Shown: positions 1 to 10,000, numbered from the stretch's first letter. The stretch: 64,000 nt of DNA from an uncultured Clostridia bacterium (GCA_947632475.1 CANRPI010000001.1:17863-81862), one strand, 5' to 3'. The notes: a model not told the origin generated them from the letters alone. Made by a program: numbers and translations.

Positions 1-1596
1 TAAAATACTTTTTCCATATATTCCTCCTTCTAAACTAAATATGTCTGAAATGTCTTGTGTTATAGCAACACCACTACCTCCATATTTTCTTATTGTTTTA
101 AATATTTTATAAATGAAGCTTGCAACTTCTTTGTTTGATGTTACTCCTATTAATCTCCAAATTTCATCTAAATATATTGCCTTTTTTTCTTCTCTATTTT
201 CTTTTATTTTATCCCAAAAAATTTCAGTGAATAGATACATTCCATATTTTAAGTTATCTTCTCCTAAATCATAAATGTCTGCTACTATTAAATCATTATC
301 TAATTGAATGTTTGTATAATTATTAAAGAATTTCATTGAACCTTTTACAAATGGTATTAATTTTATTTTAAATTTTTCTGTTTTTTTATCTTTTTCTAAA
401 ATTTTATATAAATCTTCTAGTATTGGCATTTCTTTTGGTCCTTTAAACTTTTTTATTTTATTCTTTGTGTATAGGCTATCATCATTAAAAGTAATTTCTT
501 TTTGTTTATATGTTTCAATTAGTTTTTCTTCAATTAATGCTTTTTCTTCTTCATTTAATTCTCCAAATATTAAATTAAAAAATCCAATTAATTTTCCTAT
601 TTTGGTTGCTAAATATCCTGTCTCTCCATCTTCTATACTTTCTTTTCTTATTTCTAAAATGTTTATATATGTTTGTGAATTTGGACCTATTTTTACTTGT
701 GTTCCCTTTAGTTTTTCGCATAAATTATTATATTCTCTTTCTGGATCTATAATATATTGATTTATTCCTAATAATTTATATCTTAAAATTAATAGTTTTG
801 TATAAAAAGATTTTCCTGCTCCACTTGTACCAAATATACAAATATTGGCATTTTTATATTTTTTTGTATCATATCTATCTATAAAAACTAGTGAATTATT
901 ATATATATTTGTCCCAATAAAAATTCCATTTTGGTCAAAAATTGTTGATGAAATAAATGGATATGTAGCAAGAAGTCCCGATGTTAATATATTTCTTTTA
1001 GCTGCTTGTTTTATTATTTCGCCATTTTCCATTATTGGTAAACATGATTTAAATATTTCTTCTTGTCGAAAATTTGCTCTTCTTGTTTGCATCCCTTTAC
1101 TTTGTGTTATTCCTTCAATTTTATTTAAATAAAATTCTAATTCTTGTATTTTTTCTGCATAAACATCTATATAAATATATAAAAGATAAATGTCTTCATT
1201 GTTTACCTGAATTTCTTTTCTTATATATTTTGCATCATTGTATGTAAATGCTGCAATATCTATATCTTGTCTGTTTTGATTGGATTCTTTTAATTCTACT
1301 CCTACATTTCCAATATGATATGTTAAATCTCTAATTGTTTTATATGAGTCTTGTTTTTCATAAAAAATAGATATGTTCATATTTATGTTTGTTTCTATTA
1401 AAGTTTTTAATATTATATCTGTTTGTTCTCTATAATAATTTACAACTATTAGTCCTCCATAAAATAAATTATCTATTTCTATATATTTTGGATTTTGTAA
1501 GTTTATATATGCTGGACTTATTTCATCCTTTTCTTTTATTGCTCCTTCAAAAAAATTTTCTTTTTTTTCTTTTTTTATAAATTTAATACTTATCAC
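1..1596 (-). CDS. VirB4/TrsE-like type IV secretion ATPase, ATPase part (3' end runs off the window start)
   Basis: My own minus-strand translation; the ORF is missing from the track because it has no stop inside the window. GTG at 1596-1594, then VISIKFIKKEKKENFFEGAIKEKDEISPAYINLQNPKYIEIDNLFYGGLIVVNYY... Walker A is ICIFGTSGAGKSFY (about 808-831) and a Walker B-like KAIYLDEIWRL follows. Collinear with the VirB4-like protein at 25628..27583. Confidence 0.8.
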   Translation of the reverse strand, partial: MISIKFIKKEKKENFFEGAIKEKDEISPAYINLQNPKYIEIDNLFYGGLIVVNYYREQTDIILKTLIETNINMNISIFYEKQDSYKTIRDLTYHIGNVGVELKESNQNRQDIDIAAFTYNDAKYIRKEIQVNNEDIYLLYIYIDVYAEKIQELEFYLNKIEGITQSKGMQTRRANFRQEEIFKSCLPIMENGEIIKQAAKRNILTSGLLATYPFISSTIFDQNGIFIGTNIYNNSLVFIDRYDTKKYKNANICIFGTSGAGKSFYTKLLILRYKLLGINQYIIDPEREYNNLCEKLKGTQVKIGPNSQTYINILEIRKESIEDGETGYLATKIGKLIGFFNLIFGELNEEEKALIEEKLIETYKQKEITFNDDSLYTKNKIKKFKGPKEMPILEDLYKILEKDKKTEKFKIKLIPFVKGSMKFFNNYTNIQLDNDLIVADIYDLGEDNLKYGMYLFTEIFWDKIKENREEKKAIYLDEIWRLIGVTSNKEVASFIYKIFKTIRKYGGSGVAITQDISDIFSLEGGIYGKSIL

Positions 1597-1605
1597 TTCT
1601 TTCTT

Positions 1606-2181
1606 TTATTTTAAATTGCTAATTATATTTTTTCTTGTATTTAAAAATGAATAAAATATTTTTTTTATTTCTTTTTTACTTGAAATTTCATATACTGAAT
1701 TTCCACAACGAGATAAACATTCTTTGATTTTAAAATATTTTTCTTTTAATTCACTTTTTATTATTTCTTCACTTTCCATTAAGTTTTCTTTTTTATTTTG
1801 TATGTTAGATATAATAATATAAAAGTTTTTTGAAGATGATTTTTTATTTAAATTTATTTTGTTTATGTATTCAATATAATTTTGTGCTATATAATTTAAA
1901 TATTTATTTTCTTTTTTTTGGATATTTTTTTGAATATTAAAAATATGATTACTTAAATCTTCTTTACTACTTTGAATTAAAATTTGAATATTAAAATTAC
2001 ATGTTTTTAAAAATATTTTGTAAGAATTTAAAATTGATTCTTTTTCTAAATCTGATTTAAGATTATAATTTATTGGAATTATTTTTAAAATTTTTATAAA
2101 TTTATTATTTTTTAATTTTACAATTCCATTATTATAAATCATTTCTATTGGTAGCCATTCTTGTACAGTTATGTTTTTCAC
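1606..2181 (-). CDS. VirB4 N-terminal-domain protein, separated from the ATPase part by one in-frame TAA
   Basis: 191 aa ORF. VQEWLPIEMIYNNGIVKLKNNKFIKILKIIPINYNLKSDLEKESILNSYKIFLKTCNFNIQILIQ aligns with IFDFMEFEKVEDNMIIQKKGRRFLMVVECQGINYDLMSRMEKVAVEEGFQQFLNTLRHPIQIYIQ of the 24445..25683 protein. The stop at 1608-1606 is in frame with GTG 1596-1594. Confidence 0.65.
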   Translation of the reverse strand: MKNITVQEWLPIEMIYNNGIVKLKNNKFIKILKIIPINYNLKSDLEKESILNSYKIFLKTCNFNIQILIQSSKEDLSNHIFNIQKNIQKKENKYLNYIAQNYIEYINKINLNKKSSSKNFYIIISNIQNKKENLMESEEIIKSELKEKYFKIKECLSRCGNSVYEISSKKEIKKIFYSFLNTRKNIISNLK

Positions 2182-2790
2182 CTCTTTTACTTTTTATATT
2201 TGGAATTGACTTTATGGAAATATTTTACAATGTTTCTTTTTATTTGTCAATAACTTTTAAAAAAATTTTTTATTTAAATTTTTTTATTTATTCTTTTATA
2301 ATTATATTTTATATTTTAATTGCTAAAAAATTTTATGAATAATTTTTTTTGTTTTGAACATAATAATTTTATAAGGTTAATAATAGTTGAGCCAAGAATT
2401 TTAATAGATGAATTATTTGTTTATTATTATTCGGACAAAGATATATTATAGTGTATTTTTATATATTATAATGTGTCGGCGATAAGAGTATATTATGTGT
2501 ATGTAGGCTGTATTCTATTTTTATAAATTTTATTCTTTTAATTTTTTATTTTAAATATATGGTCAAATTATATGTAATATATTCGAGCTAAGATTATTTT
2601 TATATCTAGTGTATTTTTTTAAGTGATTGTTAGTAGTCCTTTTTGGGATGAATACAGTTACTTGTGGTGTACTAATAGTCGAGCAACTGATTAATATATT
2701 TGGTATCGGGCTTATTTATATAGAAATATATATTAGGTTTAAATATTAGATATATTAGTTTTAGCTGAGATTATTATTAGCTTTATCGAT

Positions 2791-2837
2791 AATGGCAGAT
2801 AAATTATTTTATTAATTTACCTGCCATTAATTTTTTT
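2791..2837 (+). terminator. Hairpin plus T7 run, oriented as a plus-strand intrinsic terminator abutting the gyrB stop
   Basis: aatggcagataaatta (2791-2806) pairs with taatttacctgccatt (ending at 2828) with one mismatch, followed by ttttttt. The U-run exists only on the plus strand. Confidence 0.45.
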
Positions 2838-4764
2838 ATATATCTAAATTTTTTACATATTTTGCATTTGCTTGAATAAATTCTCTTCTTGGTTCTACTT
2901 CATCTCCCATTAATAATGTAAAAATTTCATCTGCTTTTATTGCATCATCCATAGTTACTTTTATTAATATTCTTGTTTCAGGATTCATTGTTGTTTCCCA
3001 TAATTGTTCTGGATTCATTTCTCCTAAACCTTTATATCTTTGAAGTCCTAATTGGTCTCTTGAAATTCCTTTTTCTTCTAGTTCTTTATAAGCTTTTTCT
3101 AAATCTTCATCTGTGTAACAGTATCTATCTTCCATTCCTTTTTTAGATAATTTATATAAAGGTGGTTGAGCTAAATAAACATTTCCATTTTCTATTAATG
3201 GTCTCATATATCTAAAGAAAAATGTTAATAATAGTGTTCTTATGTGTGCCCCATCAACATCTGCATCTGCCATAATTATTACTTTACCATATCTTATTTT
3301 TGTTATGTCAAAGTCAGATCCTATACCAGCTCCAACTGCTAATATTACTGGATTTAATTTATCATTTCCGTATATTTTATCAGCTCTTGCTTTTTCTACA
3401 TTTAACATTTTTCCCCATAATGGTAATATAGCTTGAAATTTTCTATCTCTTCCCTGTTTTGCACTTCCTCCTGCAGAGTCCCCCTCTACTATATAAACTT
3501 CACATTCTTCTGCATTTTTACTACTACAATCTGCTAATTTTCCAGGAAGTGTAGAAGTTTCAAGAGCACTTTTCTTTCTTACTAATTCCCTAGCTTTTCT
3601 TGCTGCTTCTCTAGCTCTTGATGCACTAACACATTTTTCTAAAATGGCTTTTGCAACATTAGGATTTTCTTCTAAAAATGTTGATAATGCATCATTTACC
3701 ATGCTTTGAACTACACCTGTTACTTCACTATTTCCTAATTTTGTTTTAGTTTGACCTTCAAATTGTGGTTCTTTAACTTTTACAGAAACAACTGCAGTAA
3801 TTCCTTCTCTTATGTCTTCTCCTTGTAAATTAGCATCTTTGTCTTTTAATATATTATGACTTCTAGCATAATCATTAAAAACTTTTGTTAAAGATCTTTT
3901 AAAACCTTCAAGGTGTGTTCCACCTTCTATTGTATTTATATTATTTACAAACGTATAAATATTTTCTGTATAACTTGTTGTATATTGAATTGCTATTTCA
4001 ACTGGTACTTCACCATTTCTTTCTATATAAATTGGTTTTTTATGAAGAGTTTCTTTATTTTTATTCAAAAATTCTACAAAAGAAATTAATCCTCCTTCAA
4101 AACAAAATTCTGCTTTTTTAGGTGTTTCTTCTCTTTTATCTTCAATTTTTATTTTTAATCCTTTTGTTAAAAAAGCAACTTCCCTAAATCTTTTTTCTAA
4201 AGTTTCATATTCATAATCTAAACTTTCAAAAATAGTATCATCAGCTAAAAATCTTACTTTTGTTCCAGTTTCATTAGTCTCGCCTATTTTTTCTAATTTT
4301 CTTACGGTTTTTCCTTTTTCAAAATACATTTGATAAATTCCACCGTCTTTTTTTATTGTAACTTCTGTCCATGCTGATAGTGCATTTACAACTGATGCTC
4401 CAACTCCATGAAGACCTCCGGAAACTTTATAAGCACTGTCTCCCCCAAATTTTCCACCTGCATGCAATATTGTATAAACTGTTTCTGCCGTAGAAATTTT
4501 AGTTTTTGGATGTATTTCTACTGGTATTCCTCTACCATTATCTTCAACACTTATAATATTTCCTTCTTCTATTTCTATTTTTATTTCTGTACAATAGCCA
4601 GCTAAAGCTTCATCTACACAGTTGTCAACAATTTCATAAACCATATGATGCAATCCCCTTACAGACGTACTTCCAATATACATACCTGGTCTTTTTCTTA
4701 CAGCTTCTAGTCCTTCTAAAACTTGTATTTGTTCAGCTCCATATTTATGATTATATTTTTCCAA
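2836..4764 (-). CDS. gyrB: DNA gyrase subunit B
   Basis: 642 aa with [55 protein letters not shown] and [12 protein letters not shown] motifs. Sits in conserved dnaA-dnaN-recF-gyrB synteny. Confidence 0.97.
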   Translation of the reverse strand: MEKYNHKYGAEQIQVLEGLEAVRKRPGMYIGSTSVRGLHHMVYEIVDNCVDEALAGYCTEIKIEIEEGNIISVEDNGRGIPVEIHPKTKISTAETVYTILHAGGKFGGDSAYKVSGGLHGVGASVVNALSAWTEVTIKKDGGIYQMYFEKGKTVRKLEKIGETNETGTKVRFLADDTIFESLDYEYETLEKRFREVAFLTKGLKIKIEDKREETPKKAEFCFEGGLISFVEFLNKNKETLHKKPIYIERNGEVPVEIAIQYTTSYTENIYTFVNNINTIEGGTHLEGFKRSLTKVFNDYARSHNILKDKDANLQGEDIREGITAVVSVKVKEPQFEGQTKTKLGNSEVTGVVQSMVNDALSTFLEENPNVAKAILEKCVSASRAREAARKARELVRKKSALETSTLPGKLADCSSKNAEECEVYIVEGDSAGGSAKQGRDRKFQAILPLWGKMLNVEKARADKIYGNDKLNPVILAVGAGIGSDFDITKIRYGKVIIMADADVDGAHIRTLLLTFFFRYMRPLIENGNVYLAQPPLYKLSKKGMEDRYCYTDEDLEKAYKELEEKGISRDQLGLQRYKGLGEMNPEQLWETTMNPETRILIKVTMDDAIKADEIFTLLMGDEVEPRREFIQANAKYVKNLDI

Positions 4765-4797
4765 TTTTTTTCCTCCCTTTTTGTTAAAATTTTTAAT

Positions 4798-5874
4798 TTA
4801 TGTATTTTCTTTTTTTACACTTCCTTCTTTAACATTATATATTAAAATTTTTTTATTTTCAAGAGTTATTTTTTCCGTACATGTTATTATTACTTGTACA
4901 TTTTCTATTTTTTCTAAAAAATGCTTTCTTCTTTTTTCATCTAACTCTGACATAAAATCATCTAATAATAATATTGGATATTCCCCTATTTCATCATAAA
5001 TTATATTTAATTCAGATAATTTCAATGAAAGAATTGAAGTTCTATGTTGACCTTGTGAACCATAAACATCTAATCTTTTTTTATTTATATATATCACAAA
5101 ATCATCTCTATGTATACCCTTTGTAGTAAATCCTTTTATTATATCTAATTTTCTTCTTTTCTTTAATAAATCTAAATAAATTTCTTTACTTGTACATTCT
5201 GTTACATATTCTATTTCAATTTCTTCCTTATTATCTGTAATTTCACTATGAATTTTTTTTATTTTATTTTTTATTTTTTCTAAAAATTCTTTTCTATAAT
5301 TATAAATATTTATAGCATATTCTGCTAATTTTTCATCCCAGATTTCTAATAAACTCTCACTTTTACCTTCTTCCCTAATTTGTCTTAAATAATTATTTCT
5401 TTGTTCTAATGTTTTTAAATATAAATTTAAATTATACATATAATTAGGTTTTAGCTGACTAATCATAATATCTAAAAATCGTCTTCTATTTTGTGGACCA
5501 CCTTTTAATATATTAATATCATCTGGAGTAAAAATTACAATATTTATATTACCCAATAATTCACTTAATTTTTTCAATTTTATTGAATTTATATAAACAT
5601 TTTTTTTATTGGAAAGTTCAATCTTTATTTTTCCTTCTCTATCTGATTTCTGATATTCAACTTCTATAATTGAATTTTCTTTATTTAATTGAATCATTTC
5701 TTTATCTTTATTAGTTCTAAAAGATCTACCCATACTACATAAAAAAATAGCTTCAATTATATTAGTTTTTCCTTGTGCATTTTCTCCAAAAAAAACATTT
5801 ACATTCTCATCTAAAATAATTTCTTGTTCTTCATAATTCCTGAAATTCTTGATTTTAATGGTTTTTATCCACAT
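4798..5874 (-). CDS. recF: DNA replication and repair protein RecF
   Basis: MWIKTIKIKNFRNYEEQ..., Walker A GENAQGKTN, and the SMC-like signature near the C-terminus (LLLDDFMSELD). ATG 5874 is preceded by aggtgggga; the track start at 5886 is a GTG inside that RBS. Confidence 0.93.
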   Translation of the reverse strand: MWIKTIKIKNFRNYEEQEIILDENVNVFFGENAQGKTNIIEAIFLCSMGRSFRTNKDKEMIQLNKENSIIEVEYQKSDREGKIKIELSNKKNVYINSIKLKKLSELLGNINIVIFTPDDINILKGGPQNRRRFLDIMISQLKPNYMYNLNLYLKTLEQRNNYLRQIREEGKSESLLEIWDEKLAEYAINIYNYRKEFLEKIKNKIKKIHSEITDNKEEIEIEYVTECTSKEIYLDLLKKRRKLDIIKGFTTKGIHRDDFVIYINKKRLDVYGSQGQHRTSILSLKLSELNIIYDEIGEYPILLLDDFMSELDEKRRKHFLEKIENVQVIITCTEKITLENKKILIYNVKEGSVKKENT

Positions 5875-5886
5875 ATTACTCCCCAC

Positions 5887-6566
5887 CTGTGTATAACTTG
5901 TTAATATTATTTTATCTCTTTTTTTCTATTTTTTACTATTTTTTTCTAATTTTTTTATATTTTTTAATAATAAAATTACATTAAAGAAAAATTAAAACGT
6001 CTTATTTTTGATTTTCGTGCGTCGTTTTTTTATAATTATTTTTATTATAATTTTCTTTTTTAAGTTAATAGTTAATATTTATCATATAATCTATTTATTT
6101 CTATTTTTTACTATTTTATTCTAATTTTTTCAATTTTTTTTGAATTTTTATAATTTCCTTTTTACAATTTTAATTACTAAACTACATTTTTAACATATCC
6201 ACAGTATTTTATAATTTGTGGATAAAATGTTCACTTTTATTTTTCTATTTTTATCTCTCTTTTTCTATTTTTTTCGATTTTTTTTAATTTTATGACATAT
6301 TTTTTTCAATTTTTTTATATAAAAGTTATCCACAAATAAAAAACTTTTATAAAAATTTTTATTATCTTCATTTTTCTTTTGTTTTTTAATTTATTCTATT
6401 TTTTTTATAATAAAATCTCTTTTTTTATTATTAAACTTATCCACATTTAGTAAATAAATTGTGGATAAGTTTTAAAACTTTTATACTTTTTAACATTAGT
6501 TTTTATTAAAAAGCTTTTTTATAAACAAAAAAGCAGAATTTTTTCTGCCTTTTTATTATTTTTATT
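5887..6566. promoter_or_regulatory. DnaA-box cluster in the recF-dnaN spacer (680 bp, no ORF)
   Basis: Perfect TTATCCACA/TGTGGATAA boxes at 6217-6225, 6326-6334, 6437-6445 and 6460-6468, plus ATATCCACA at 6195-6203. T-rich direct repeats at 5924-5956 and 6099-6130. Confidence 0.7.
6526..6556 (-). terminator. Hairpin terminator after dnaN
   Basis: gcagaa (6533-6538) pairs with ttctgc (6543-6548), flanked by an A-run and a T-run. Confidence 0.5.
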
Positions 6567-7685
6567 TTAATCTTCTTTTAATCTAATTGGCAAAATCATA
6601 TAAGTATAATCATTATTTTCTATTGATTTTACTAAACATGGAGAGATACTTGTACCAAACTCAATGTATACTTCCTCATCATCAATTGCTTTTAAACTAT
6701 CCAAAAAATATTTTGGGTTAAAACCTGCTTCTAAGTTTTTTCCTTCTGTAGAAACATATAATTCCTCTTTTGCATCCCCTGTTTGATTTGTGCACGAAAT
6801 GATTACTTTTCCAATATCTATTTGTACCTTTACAGGATATTTTTTTTCTTTTTCTACTGATGAACTAGATATTAAACTAATTCTTTCAAAACTATTTTGA
6901 ATACTATTTTTATTAACTTTTATTCTTGTTTCCCAATTACTTGGAATTACATTTTTATAATTTAAAAATTCTCCATCTAAAATTCTAGTAACAATCTTAC
7001 AATTGTCCATTTCAAATAATGCTTGATTTTTTGAAATTCCAATTTTTACTGGTTCAAAAGAATCTAAAATTATTTTATTAACTTCTGTTAAAGTTTTACC
7101 AGGTATTACAGCTTTAAAATCATTACTTTGTTTATTTAAAAATATAGTTCTTAAAGCTAATCTAAATCCATCAACAGCTACTAAACTTAACTTATTGTTT
7201 TCCACTTCGAATAAACAACCTGTGAATATTGGTCTACTTTCTTCTGTACTTACTGCAAAAATTGTTTTTCTAATCATATTTTTTAATAAATTTTGGTCTA
7301 TTTCTATAGAATTTTCAACTTCTATTTTTGGAAGTTCTGGAAATTCTTCAGGATTCATAGTTGCTAATTTGTATAAAGAACCTTCACATTCAATTTCTAA
7401 TAAATTTTTATCATTTAACGTTAAATAAATTTCTGTATCTGGTAATTTTCTAATAATTTCACTAAACATTATTGCATTTACAACTGTACTTCCCTGTTCT
7501 TTTACTTCACATTCCATTATGTATTCTATTCCTATTTCTAAGTCATATGTAGTTAATTTAATTTCATTATCATTTGTTTGAATTAAAATTCCTTCAAGTA
7601 TAGGCATTGTAGTTTTTGATGCTACAGCTTTTACTACGGAATTAATAGCTTTTAGGATTTTATCCTTGTAACAAACTATTTTCAT
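6567..7685 (-). CDS. dnaN: DNA polymerase III beta sliding clamp
   Basis: 372 aa with typical beta-clamp length and three-domain layout. Lies immediately downstream of dnaA. C-terminus ends in MILPIRL. Confidence 0.95.
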   Translation of the reverse strand: MKIVCYKDKILKAINSVVKAVASKTTMPILEGILIQTNDNEIKLTTYDLEIGIEYIMECEVKEQGSTVVNAIMFSEIIRKLPDTEIYLTLNDKNLLEIECEGSLYKLATMNPEEFPELPKIEVENSIEIDQNLLKNMIRKTIFAVSTEESRPIFTGCLFEVENNKLSLVAVDGFRLALRTIFLNKQSNDFKAVIPGKTLTEVNKIILDSFEPVKIGISKNQALFEMDNCKIVTRILDGEFLNYKNVIPSNWETRIKVNKNSIQNSFERISLISSSSVEKEKKYPVKVQIDIGKVIISCTNQTGDAKEELYVSTEGKNLEAGFNPKYFLDSLKAIDDEEVYIEFGTSISPCLVKSIENNDYTYMILPIRLKED

Positions 7686-8003
7686 TTCGCTTCCTCCTTT
7701 ATAAATAAAATAAATATTTTTAGTAGTAGTAGTAGTAGGTGTTGTGGAAACTGTGGAAAACTATGTGGAAAACTAGAACCCGTAGAAAAAATCGTGTGGA
7801 TAACTCAGTGGATAACTTTTAATTTTTTCCACACTTTCCACATTGCTATGTGTAAAAGTATTGTATCCACAGTTTTTCCACAGGTTATTCACAGATACCC
7901 TGTGGAAAGTTTGCTAATTCTTTTGTAAAGCTAAAATGCAAAATTCTTTCCAAACACAAATTTTTCAAACATAATTTTCAAAAAAATTGTAAAATTCTTG
8001 GTA
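7686..8003. other. oriC: oriC unwinding module: AT-rich tract, (TAG)6 DnaA-trio and about eleven DnaA boxes
   Basis: AT tract at 7701-7720. tagtagtagtagtagtag at 7721-7738. Boxes include tgtggaaac 7743-7751, tgtggaaaa 7752-7760 and 7765-7773, and a perfect tgtggataa at 7796-7804. Further one- or two-mismatch boxes continue to about 7909. Confidence 0.8.
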
Positions 8004-9353
8004 TTAGTCTTGTTTACCATTTATGACAATGTTTTTCACACTATCCACAATTAACTTAGTATTACTTTTATCTTTTATTTCCTTTTCTATTTTTTTACAA
8101 GCATGCATTACAGTAGAATGATCTCTACCTCCAAAGTCCACACCAATCTGTGGATAAGACATATTTGCTATTTCTCTACAAAGATACATAGCAATTTGTC
8201 TTGGAAATGCAATTTCATTTGATCTTTTGTTTCCTGCTATTTCATTTTTATCTATGCTAAAATATTTAGCTACAGTTTCTTTTATAAAATCACTTGAGAT
8301 TACTTTTTTACTTTCGTAAATAAATTCATTTATAATTTTTTCAGCTAATTCAATAGTTACAGGACTATGAGTTAAAGAAGCTCTAGCAACTATTTTGTTG
8401 AAAACTCCTTCTAATTCTCTTATGTTTGAATCAATTTTAGTTGCAATATTTGATAAAATAAAATCATCAATTATCAAGTTTTCATCTTGAGCCTTTTTTC
8501 TTAAAATAGCTAAACGTGTTTCATAATCTGGACAAGAAATATCTGCTAAAAGACCCCATTCGAATCTAGATTTTAGCCTATCTTCTATAAAAGGAATGTC
8601 TCTTGGAGGCTTATCACTAGAAATAATTATTTGTTTTCCCTCTTCATACAAAGTATTGAAGGTGTGGAAAAATTCTTCTTGAACACGTTCCTTTCCTGCT
8701 ATAAATTGAATATCGTCTATTAATAAAGCATCAATATTTCTATATTTATTTCTAAAAGCTTCATTTGTGTTATCTTTAATAGCATTTATTAATTGGTTTG
8801 TAAACTTTTCAGAAGTAACATATAAAATAATTGAATTTTTATAATTTTCTAATATTCTGTTACCAATAGCATGCATTAGGTGTGTTTTTCCTAAGCCTAC
8901 TCCCCCATAAAGAAAAAGTGGATTATAAGATTTACCTGGTTCATTTCCTACTGCTAAAGCTGCTGCATGTGCAAATCTGTTATTATTTCCAACAACAAAA
9001 GTTTCGAAAGTATATTTTGGATTTAAAGCAGATTTACTAAATTCGGCTTCAGGAGAATTTTCTTGAGAATCATCAACAATTATTTTACTTTCAACATCTT
9101 CCTTAGATAATTCAAGTACAGAAAAAGTCCAATCTTTATTGGTTATGAATCTTAAAGTATTAAAAATTAAGTCTCTATACTTGTTTTCAATAAAATCTTT
9201 GTGGAAGTCGGAATTACATGTAAAAACGATGTTATTTCCTTCTATTTTTTCAATTCCCAATGGCGTTATCCAAGTTTCATATGATATTTGGGTAAGTTCA
9301 GGTTTTAAAGCTTCTTTAATTTTTGCAAGTAATTCATCTTTTTCGATAGCCAT
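8004..9353 (-). CDS. dnaA: Chromosomal replication initiator DnaA
   Basis: 449 aa with Walker A GGVGLGKTHL, a box VII/sensor region, and the C-terminal DNA-binding domain (GGRDHSTVMHACKKI). Confidence 0.97.
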   Translation of the reverse strand: MAIEKDELLAKIKEALKPELTQISYETWITPLGIEKIEGNNIVFTCNSDFHKDFIENKYRDLIFNTLRFITNKDWTFSVLELSKEDVESKIIVDDSQENSPEAEFSKSALNPKYTFETFVVGNNNRFAHAAALAVGNEPGKSYNPLFLYGGVGLGKTHLMHAIGNRILENYKNSIILYVTSEKFTNQLINAIKDNTNEAFRNKYRNIDALLIDDIQFIAGKERVQEEFFHTFNTLYEEGKQIIISSDKPPRDIPFIEDRLKSRFEWGLLADISCPDYETRLAILRKKAQDENLIIDDFILSNIATKIDSNIRELEGVFNKIVARASLTHSPVTIELAEKIINEFIYESKKVISSDFIKETVAKYFSIDKNEIAGNKRSNEIAFPRQIAMYLCREIANMSYPQIGVDFGGRDHSTVMHACKKIEKEIKDKSNTKLIVDSVKNIVINGKQD

Positions 9354-9650
9354 TTAAAATCATCCTTTCTATAAAAAGTTATCCACAAAGTTTTCCACAA
9401 CTGTGGATAACTTTGTAATTGTTTTGTAAAAATACAGATGATTTATACGAACAAAAATTCAAGTGTCTGTAAGAAAAATCTCGTATATTTTTTTACTTTT
9501 CAATAATAACAGATTTATCCACAATAAGTCAATAAAATTGTGGAAAAAATTTTTGACTTGTGGAAAAAAAAGAAAAAAATTGTGGAAAACTGGCGAAATA
9601 TTACAAAAATATTACAGAAAAATATTTTTATCTTTTAGTCAGATATAGTT
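9354..9650. promoter_or_regulatory. DnaA-box cluster upstream of dnaA (autoregulation / origin half)
   Basis: Perfect boxes at 9379-9387, 9402-9410 and 9525-9533. tgtggaaaa-type boxes at 9391-9399, 9539-9547, 9559-9567 and 9581-9589. Confidence 0.75.
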
Positions 9651-9758
9651 AATTCTTAATAATTGTGCTATTAAGAAGCGTCTCTGTGGCACAAATTCTT
9701 TAATATGTTGAACAGTAAACGTTTGAGAGGACGAATTTAAGAAAAATAAAAAAAACAC

Positions 9759-9787
9759 TTGACAACTACGGCAGTCTAAGGTATAAT
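9759..9787 (+). promoter_or_regulatory. Sigma-A type promoter of the rpmH operon
   Basis: TTGACA at 9759-9764, a 17 nt spacer, then TATAAT at 9782-9787. Confidence 0.7.
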
Positions 9788-9865
9788 CGATATACGTGTT
9801 ATTTTAGAAAAAATTTCATAAAAATGAAATTAATATAAACAAAAATATCAGTAGGAGGTGCCAAA

Positions 9866-10000
9866 ATGAAAAGAACATATCAACCAAAAAAGAGACAAGA
9901 AAAGAAAGAACATGGATTTATGAAAAGAATGAAAACAAAATCAGGAAGAAATGTATTAAAAGCAAGAAGAGCAAAAGGAAGAAAAAAATTAACAGCTTAA
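9866..10000 (+). CDS. rpmH: 50S ribosomal protein L34
   Basis: Not in the ORF track (44 aa): [47 protein letters not shown] is gtaggaggtg. Confidence 0.95.
   Translation: MKRTYQPKKRQEKKEHGFMKRMKTKSGRNVLKARRAKGRKKLTA

Noticed and set aside
467-1580. Plus-strand track ORFs 467..760, 845..1132 and 1389..1580.
   Set aside because: These are low-complexity Phe/Ile/Leu-rich shadows antisense to the open VirB4-like frame that I translated on the minus strand.
9673-9695. An 18-nt similarity (agaagcgtctctgtggca) to 61107-61129 (agaagcgtctttgtggca).
   Set aside because: It matches at 17/18 positions with no extension into the flanks. That is within what chance can produce over 64 kb on both strands, and the two sites share no common context.
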